Assembly: GCA_958296135.2 (NCBI GenBank) | Contig: CATQHZ020000002.1 | Location: 1-64,000 of the forward strand | Length of the DNA stretch: 64,000 nt | DNA from: an uncultured Poribacteria bacterium | GTDB lineage: Bacteria > Poribacteria > WGA-4E > WGA-3G | Direction of reading: 5' to 3' | Shown here: in pieces, positions 58,334-64,000 of the stretch | Layout of the letters: every line of letters begins with the position of its first letter | Numbering within the stretch: the stretch's first letter is position 1 | Translations under genes and position numbers: made by a program | The notes under the pieces: model-generated | What the model saw: only the letters and a program-made list of their open reading frames with translations | The model's database searches: none | Told to the model about the DNA's origin: nothing

Positions 58334-58522
58334 CTATTGAACCTCCGATCCATCAAAGCTGGCTTGAAAGCGGATCAAAACCAGCTTGAGTTGTTCTTCA
58401 AAAACATCCTGCTCGGCCTCTATCATATCAGACCAATGATCATGCTCCGGAACCCAGTCCTCAGGGCTTACATCAAGCTCCTGATTAGTCTCCACGTTAT
58501 CGGTTAACAATGCGGCTTTCAT
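58334..58522 (-). CDS. small acidic protein
   Basis: AAGGAG RBS; D/E-rich. Confidence 0.6.
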   Translation of the reverse strand: MKAALLTDNVETNQELDVSPEDWVPEHDHWSDMIEAEQDVFEEQLKLVLIRFQASFDGSEVQ

Positions 58523-58536
58523 ATTGTTCTCCTTGC

Positions 58537-58662
58537 CTATCTATTTATGTTGGATCTAAAAATCTGAGCAAAGACTCCAACTCCAATTACCATGATTTTG
58601 AACCCAACAGGAGCCTCTTGAAAGAGAAAGATTGCGATGGCGGCTGCTAAAGCTACAAACAT
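58537..58662 (-). CDS. 41-aa hydrophobic peptide (not in ORF track)
   Basis: GGAGGA RBS; MFVALAAAIAIFLFQEAPVGFKIMVIGVGVFAQIFRSNINR. Confidence 0.55.
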   Translation of the reverse strand: MFVALAAAIAIFLFQEAPVGFKIMVIGVGVFAQIFRSNINR

Positions 58663-58744
58663 TGATTGATCCTCCAAAAAGACAGGTGGGGACCAAAGCC
58701 CCCACCTTGATTATGAGACATCCGCGTCTCATTAATGTTTGCAA

Positions 58745-59377
58745 CTAAGAGACCTGTTCTGCAACAACAGCCTTGACTCGTCCACGCCCATTCCGCTGGA
58801 CGCCAGACTCTTTCAAGTGAGCATTGATCGTCGCGGAGTTGATCCCTTTAAGCTCACCAATGGCGGATCCGCTCATTCCCTTTTCGGTGTGCAGATGACG
58901 CCATTCAGCCTTGTCATCATCGCTATGCTTCCGACGGTTGTTGCTCTTAGTCGGCAACAGCTTGACCGCATCCTCCCTCAACTTATCGAGTCCAGGAACA
59001 TCTGTCCCTCGCTCCTGAGCAAGGACACTCTTAACGATGTTGTCTTTGACGATCAGCCCCTTGAACTTGCCGTGGATCTTGAACGGGATAAGCTTAAGAT
59101 CCATGTTGTCGTTGACAAATTTTTCGTGGATGAACTTAACGACATCCGCTGCCAGCTCGACCTTGCGTCCACGAGCCTTCGGTTTGAGCAAGACAGCTGC
59201 CGACTCGGCGTTGAGCGGAGCAATCCATGTTTGCTTGTCCTCTTTCAACTTGAGGACCTTATTAAGTTCCGCCTGAACGTTGGCGGGGCTATCAGTCTCG
59301 GTGTTGAGTTCAATCGATCCGGCGGCAACGGTTCCGGCATCCGTCTGTTTGTAAAGATCAAATTTATATGCGGACAT
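58745..59377 (-). CDS. early protein, family D, C-terminal HTH (start revised to MSAYKF)
   Basis: AAGGAG RBS; SDDDKAEWRHLH..GMSG.AIG...GINSATINAHLK HTH. Confidence 0.75.
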   Translation of the reverse strand: MSAYKFDLYKQTDAGTVAAGSIELNTETDSPANVQAELNKVLKLKEDKQTWIAPLNAESAAVLLKPKARGRKVELAADVVKFIHEKFVNDNMDLKLIPFKIHGKFKGLIVKDNIVKSVLAQERGTDVPGLDKLREDAVKLLPTKSNNRRKHSDDDKAEWRHLHTEKGMSGSAIGELKGINSATINAHLKESGVQRNGRGRVKAVVAEQVS

Positions 59378-59597
59378 TATATAATCTCCTTGACGGCCTG
59401 ACACAATCAAGCCATAAATTAAAATTACAATCAATTTTTATAGGAGCCAACCCATCGTCGGCTCCTATATATAATATAGCCGACTCTTTGTTGTTATCAG
59501 ATCGGACAACCGATAAATTTTCGCTTTGGACAACCAACCGACCTTGGAGAGCTGACATCCGCGCCAGCTCTCCAATAATCGACATCCTGTCCTGATC

Positions 59598-60248
59598 TTA
59601 ATAATTATCAAGATCGCACTCCATCCATGCTTTGGGATTGAGCCTGCAAACTTGATTATATTTCGCATAAACAGCTTTGAGGAGTCCAACAACACCAATA
59701 ACGGTTTGCGGATCAACATTATGTTTTTGTGCGACCGGTTCAACCCATGCGGTATCGCCTTTTGCAGTCCGGAACCAAGAGTCCGGCGTCTGGTGAGCAA
59801 GGAACGACCGCCAGATATAATGGACCATAAAATCAATCAGCGGATATTCGACATAAACCCGATTGACATTTGCGATCCTGAACGGATGACTCATTTCGCC
59901 GCCGGCAGCCATGACTTGATCCAGATCAGGATCAGCCCACAACTCGCCCAGAAAGCCTTCAACATCGACCATTGGGATATCGATTACAATCCCGTTGGCC
60001 TCATTAATGACTTCAAGTTCGCAGAACTTAACGCTGACATCCATAGGATCGATCCCATAATCATCAACGATTTCGCCAAAGCCATCAAAGACTCCATTGA
60101 ACTCCATCCGGTTATCGGGCAACGCCAACCGACGGGGGAACCCAACCATAACCGAGAGCTTGTCGCTTGTCGCTTCAAAGACCTCGATTTTGGGAGTCAA
60201 TCTATAAGGAGGGACGATATCAACACCTTCAATCAAATTGCTTAACAT
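59598..60248 (-). CDS. hypothetical early protein (start revised to MLSNLI)
   Basis: TAGGAG RBS downstream of a class E promoter. Confidence 0.7.
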   Translation of the reverse strand: MLSNLIEGVDIVPPYRLTPKIEVFEATSDKLSVMVGFPRRLALPDNRMEFNGVFDGFGEIVDDYGIDPMDVSVKFCELEVINEANGIVIDIPMVDVEGFLGELWADPDLDQVMAAGGEMSHPFRIANVNRVYVEYPLIDFMVHYIWRSFLAHQTPDSWFRTAKGDTAWVEPVAQKHNVDPQTVIGVVGLLKAVYAKYNQVCRLNPKAWMECDLDNY

Positions 60249-60431
60249 TATATTGTCTCCTAAATTTACAATCATCCATAATTGGGAGCCAACCCATCGT
60301 CGGCTCCATATATATAATATAACGCATTTGGCCTTGTTATCAGATCGGACAACCAAAAAATTTTGGCTCCGACATCCAACCGGTGGGGACGAGCCGACAT
60401 CCGCGCCAGCTCGTCCTTTATTGTCATCCGG

Positions 60432-61058
60432 TTATGCATTTGTGACAACAGCCTTGACTCGTCCACGCCCATTCCGCTGGACGCCAGACTCTTTCAAGTG
60501 AGCATTGATCGTCGCGGAGTTGATTCCAAGCTCCTTACCGATCCTGAAGCCACTCCAACCGTCTTCGGTGTGCATGCGACGCCATTCAGCCTTGTCATCA
60601 TCGCTATACTTCCGACGATTGTTGCTCTGAGCCGGCAACAGCTTGACCGCTTGCTCCCTCAACTCATCGATGCCAGCAACATCCGTTCCACGTTCCTGAG
60701 CAAGGACACTCTTAACGATGTTGTCCTTAACCAACAGGCCCTCGAACTTATTATGAACCTTAAAGGGGATTACTTTAAGATCCACATTGTCGTTGACAAA
60801 TTTTTCGTGGATGAACTTAACGACATCCGGTTCCAGCTCGACTTTGCGTCCACCGACCTTCGGTTTGAGCAAAACTGCTGCTGTCTCGACGTTGAGTGCA
60901 GCAACATGATACTTTTTGTTCTTGTTCAGCTCGATCATATCATTAACAGCCGCCTGAACGATGGCGGGGCTATGAGTCTCGGTGCTAAGATCAACAGATC
61001 CGGCTGCGACCACTCCATCATCGTTGCGCTCATAAAGATCATATTTGACGGTTAACAT
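60432..61058 (-). CDS. early protein, family D (close paralog of 58745-59377)
   Basis: Long near-identical stretches, e.g. DVVKFIHEKFVNDN, VKDNIVKSVLAQERGTDV, GINSATINAHLKESGVQRNGRGRVKAVV. Confidence 0.75.
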   Translation of the reverse strand: MLTVKYDLYERNDDGVVAAGSVDLSTETHSPAIVQAAVNDMIELNKNKKYHVAALNVETAAVLLKPKVGGRKVELEPDVVKFIHEKFVNDNVDLKVIPFKVHNKFEGLLVKDNIVKSVLAQERGTDVAGIDELREQAVKLLPAQSNNRRKYSDDDKAEWRRMHTEDGWSGFRIGKELGINSATINAHLKESGVQRNGRGRVKAVVTNA

Positions 61059-61231
61059 TTTAAATGTCTCCTTGACGACTTGACGCATCAAGCCATAAAT
61101 TAAAATTACAATCAATTTTTATAGGAGCCAACCCATCGTCGGCTCCTATATATAATATAGCCGACTCTTTGTTGTTATCAGATCGGACAACCGATAAATT
61201 TTCGCCCAAGACAACCAACCGACTGTGCGGT

Positions 61232-61321
61232 TTATTTTTTATCGCTGTTGCCAAGTACTACTATCCATATTGTTATTATATTCGCCATTACAGCGATTAA
61301 CATAAGATCTATGTTATCCAT
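61232..61321 (-). CDS. 29-aa single-TM peptide (not in ORF track)
   Basis: GGGAGGG RBS; MDNIDLMLIAVMANIITIWIVVLGNSDKK. Confidence 0.5.
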   Translation of the reverse strand: MDNIDLMLIAVMANIITIWIVVLGNSDKK

Positions 61322-61425
61322 TTGATCATCCCTCCCTGATTGTGACTAATGGGACTGGATCCGCCCAACCCCATCAGCCCGTTCGCTCCATAAGATCCGA
61401 TCTAATGGATCAGATCTGATACGAT

Positions 61426-62058
61426 CTAATAGATATCTGTGATACCTTTAAGATCGAATACAATTGCCATCAGGACTCGTCCCGCCTTTGTGACAGAGAC
61501 TGCTCTTAGTTCTGTGTCATCCTGAACGCGGAGTCCATCAAAGAGCTGTTCCATGATAAACTGATCCATAAGGCTCCAGAACTGATATCCGACCACGTCT
61601 GGCATATGATCAATCTCGTCTGGACTCATTTGACCATCATCAAGGATGGCTTCCGCAGCCAATCCCCTCAGATTGTGTTGATCATCCTCATCATGACTCC
61701 AAACCAACTGGTTCAAGATATCTTGAGGGGTGACCACAATATTTTGATCAAATTCAACCGAGGATAGCAGAGCCTCTTCAAACTCAGACTCCCAAACTCC
61801 ATCGGGGTTGTCATCGATCATGCGTTTCATAGCAGCGACCGATATGTTAACGATCCGAGCTGCGTCCAAGACCTCATGATTGAAGCTGTTAACACGCCAC
61901 CGATCGGTTTTGGCAACATCTTCAACAAGATAATCTAAATATGTCCTTTCAACGGGATTGACATTGTGAACAACAACGGTTTTGATCGATCCATCATTGT
62001 TCTCGATTTTGATTTCAACACCCTGTCGCTCTTTGATCGACACATTTTTGATCGACAT
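61426..62058 (-). CDS. early protein, distant family A member (start revised to MSIKNVS)
   Basis: GAGGAG RBS; C-terminal VTKAGRVLMAIVFD; acidic. Confidence 0.65.
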   Translation of the reverse strand: MSIKNVSIKERQGVEIKIENNDGSIKTVVVHNVNPVERTYLDYLVEDVAKTDRWRVNSFNHEVLDAARIVNISVAAMKRMIDDNPDGVWESEFEEALLSSVEFDQNIVVTPQDILNQLVWSHDEDDQHNLRGLAAEAILDDGQMSPDEIDHMPDVVGYQFWSLMDQFIMEQLFDGLRVQDDTELRAVSVTKAGRVLMAIVFDLKGITDIY

Positions 62059-62250
62059 TTTATATCTCCTCTTAATTGTCACAATCAATCAATTATTTGG
62101 GAGCCAACCCATCGTCGGCTCCATATATATAATATAGCCGACTCTTTGTTGTTATCAGATCAGACAACCGATAAATTTTCGCTTTGGACAACCAACCGAC
62201 CGTGAAGGGCTGACATCCGCGTCGGCCCTCCAATTTAGATCAAGATCTTG

Positions 62251-62661
62251 TTAATCCAATTTGTTTATGATATATTCAAGATCATCTTTTGTTATATTGT
62301 CTTTTCCAGATTTCTCCACGCCATCCAATCTGTTTTCAATATAATAGATCAACTCAGAACGAACATCCATCAGAGTCTCATAAAGCTTATCTTTAGCCTC
62401 GTTAAGCTTCTCCATAACAACGGCTTCCTCAAGCTCATACCACTCGATTGCGTCTGCCAACGTCGGCAGTTCCCAGACATCTGTTCTAGTGATATCGCAT
62501 ACAATCTCAGCCGCTTGTTTTGGACCATAATCAGCGTCCTGAGCCAACGGCGATTCAGGCTCCGCAAGAACCTCAATTGCTTGATGTTCCGCAACGATTT
62601 CATTATACTCTTGTTCAATCAACGCAACGTTGTATACTTCCTTATGAACTTGGCTTATCAT
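62251..62661 (-). CDS. acidic helical early protein (start revised to MISQVH)
   Basis: GGAGGAG RBS; start overlaps the upstream stop (TAATG). Confidence 0.65.
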   Translation of the reverse strand: MISQVHKEVYNVALIEQEYNEIVAEHQAIEVLAEPESPLAQDADYGPKQAAEIVCDITRTDVWELPTLADAIEWYELEEAVVMEKLNEAKDKLYETLMDVRSELIYYIENRLDGVEKSGKDNITKDDLEYIINKLD

Positions 62662-63056
62662 TATACTCCTCCCAAAAAGATGGTTGCCAACCAATCGACA
62701 ACTTTGATTGTGACATATGCTATTGTCGCCAAACCAATTACGGCTAGGCAGCCAGAACAACCATCATTATCATCATCGTCGTCGTCATCATTATTGTCAA
62801 CTTTTACTTTCAATTTGACGGTTGTATTTGTTCTAAGCACTTTGAGTGTGGTGACAAACGCCGCCTCGATAGCTTCAACATCATCAGGATCATGATCATC
62901 ATAGACTTCCTCAAAGATGTCCATAAAATCAGATCCAATATTTTCATAAACATCAGTTTGATCATCCGCGATCACGAACCTGAGTTCATAAGCTAATTCC
63001 TTTGGATCTACTCTATCGTCACCATTTAGATATGCGAACAAATTATACTTGATCAT
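62661..63056 (-). CDS. acidic early protein with poly-Asp linker and C-terminal TM helix
   Basis: GGAG RBS before MIKYNL; DNNDDDDDDDND then a hydrophobic tail. Confidence 0.65.
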   Translation of the reverse strand: MIKYNLFAYLNGDDRVDPKELAYELRFVIADDQTDVYENIGSDFMDIFEEVYDDHDPDDVEAIEAAFVTTLKVLRTNTTVKLKVKVDNNDDDDDDDNDGCSGCLAVIGLATIAYVTIKVVDWLATIFLGGV

Positions 63057-63189
63057 TTTATGGTCTCCAATAACATTAAATTTACAATCATTTTTTATAG
63101 GAACCAACCCAGCGTTGGCTCCTATATATAATATAGCCGACTCTTTGCTGTTATCAGATCAGACAACCGATAAATTTTTCGCTTGGCGA

Positions 63190-63540
63190 TCAATCCGACC
63201 GATTTGTTTTGACATCTGGGTTAAGTTCGATCATATGATTTACCCAGTTTACAAGTTCATCAATATCGGTTTTGGGTTCATATAAACTTTCGCTGATCTC
63301 CATATATGTCCATATGAATTTCTCCATAAGGTTACCCTGCGGATTTGGTCTTATGTTCTTTAATGTCCACAAATATAACCGGTATGGCATCCATTTAATC
63401 ATATGGCGAAACCGGTTACCAAACCGTGGTTCTTCAGACCCTTTCAACAAATTGCGGGAATCATTAAAAACTTTCCACTCTTCGATATCGATCAACGCTG
63501 CTCCATAATCTTCTTCAAGACTGTCTTTTAATTCAATCAT
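63190..63540 (-). CDS. hypothetical protein
   Basis: AAGGAG RBS. Confidence 0.6.
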   Translation of the reverse strand: MIELKDSLEEDYGAALIDIEEWKVFNDSRNLLKGSEEPRFGNRFRHMIKWMPYRLYLWTLKNIRPNPQGNLMEKFIWTYMEISESLYEPKTDIDELVNWVNHMIELNPDVKTNRSD

Positions 63541-63551
63541 GATAGCTCCTT

Positions 63552-63998
63552 TTAACTGAAGATGATATCTTCATTTAAGTCCATATCATATGCTGCGAAC
63601 CGCATCTTGAGACAAGCTCGTTCAAAGATGTTAGTTATAGCGGCATTTGTATATGGTTTTTTGGTTAATTCTTGATCAGCAAGTTCTGCAGCAACCTCAG
63701 ATCCACTCAGATTACCGAGAAATCCTCTATTGTAATTCAGGACGACAAATCTCTCCATATCATCTAGATTGACGAGGAGGCTATCAAACAGATCTTTATA
63801 TTCAACTTCTGCGATATAGTCTCGCGCTCCGGTGAGCAAATTCGATCCATCGTCAGGAATTGTGTCCATAACCTCCGCATAATCAAATTCATCATCATTG
63901 ATAACTTGATTTAACGAAGATGTGTGCCTAATTTCAAGCATTGCTATTTCGGGAGCCTCTAACATTGTTGTTATGCCAATATCATACTCTTCAGATCT
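63552..63998 (-). CDS. sigma70-family factor, region 4-like C-terminus (5' end outside the window)
   Basis: LLVNLDDMERFVV...LSGSEVAAEL...TNAAITNIFERACLKMR; the frame stays open to the window edge. Confidence 0.6.
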   Translation of the reverse strand, partial: RSEEYDIGITTMLEAPEIAMLEIRHTSSLNQVINDDEFDYAEVMDTIPDDGSNLLTGARDYIAEVEYKDLFDSLLVNLDDMERFVVLNYNRGFLGNLSGSEVAAELADQELTKKPYTNAAITNIFERACLKMRFAAYDMDLNEDIIFS

Positions 63999-64000
63999 AA

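Larger units (their letters stand above)
50972..62230 (-). repeat. family of 17 intercistronic hairpins with invariant GCGGAT loop
   Basis: Starts at 50972, 51566, 52343, 52776, 53169, 53737, 54612, 55279, 55848, 56282, 57025, 57864, 58713, 59544, 60387, 61349, 62204. Confidence 0.9.
52228..63178 (-). promoter_or_regulatory. 11 copies of a ~78-bp early promoter plus 5' hairpin cassette (class E)
   Basis: Plus strand GGAGCCAACCCATCGTCGGCTCC-TATATATAATATA-N-TCAGATCRGACAWCC (hairpin variant in the copies at 52228, 53599, 55734); starts at 52228, 53599, 54502, 55734, 56890, 57626, 59442, 60284, 61123, 62099, 63099; each lies upstream of an RBS and start codon. Confidence 0.9.

Noticed and set aside
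58739-61055. Long plus-strand ORFs (58739-59401, 59652-60245, 60363-61055, also 62248-62895)
   Set aside because: Antisense shadows of real minus-strand genes, favoured by the skewed codon usage; no RBS or recognisable motifs.
52228-63178. Regularly recurring repeats as a CRISPR array or integron attC array
   Set aside because: The intervening sequences are 0.7-1.8 kb and contain whole genes. The repeats look like promoters, lack attC-type RYYYAAC/GTTRRRY ends, and no cas or integrase gene is in the window.
1-64000. Stop-codon reassignment or a bacterial chromosome origin for dnaK/recJ/nrdJ
   Set aside because: Long genes are intact in the standard code and no suppressor tRNA was seen. The host-like genes are interleaved with phage genes and share phage promoter motifs.

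Overview
This window is part of a large tailed dsDNA phage genome, probably a siphovirus (tail tube and 1718-aa tape measure, no sheath seen). Essentially all real genes are on the minus strand. Positions 1-18.7 kb hold lysis and accessory genes: two T4-type lysozymes, RecJ, five tRNA or tRNA-like genes, two GIY-YIG endonucleases, DnaK plus a J-domain protein, RusA, a thermonuclease and a class II ribonucleotide reductase. Positions 18.7-48 kb hold the virion module, in an unusual order with tail genes between terminase and portal. Two iteron-like inverted-repeat arrays (11.6 and 48.5 kb) and a 72-bp element in four copies are also present. The most striking part starts abruptly at about 50.85 kb and runs to the window end. 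There the DNA vocabulary changes: GATC is about 10x over random expectation, GTA/TAC is absent for over 2 kb, and GAA[A/G/T] is depleted, with the bias fading toward 64 kb. This segment is an array of small, mostly acidic, paralogous genes. It contains 11 copies of a ~78-bp promoter-plus-hairpin cassette and 17 intercistronic hairpins with covarying stems and an invariant GCGGAU loop. I infer it is a sequence-optimised, first-injected host-takeover/anti-defence region with its own RNA-level regulatory element. A Tad1-like sponge gene lies just outside it. All counts are by eye and all protein assignments come from motif recognition, not database searches.
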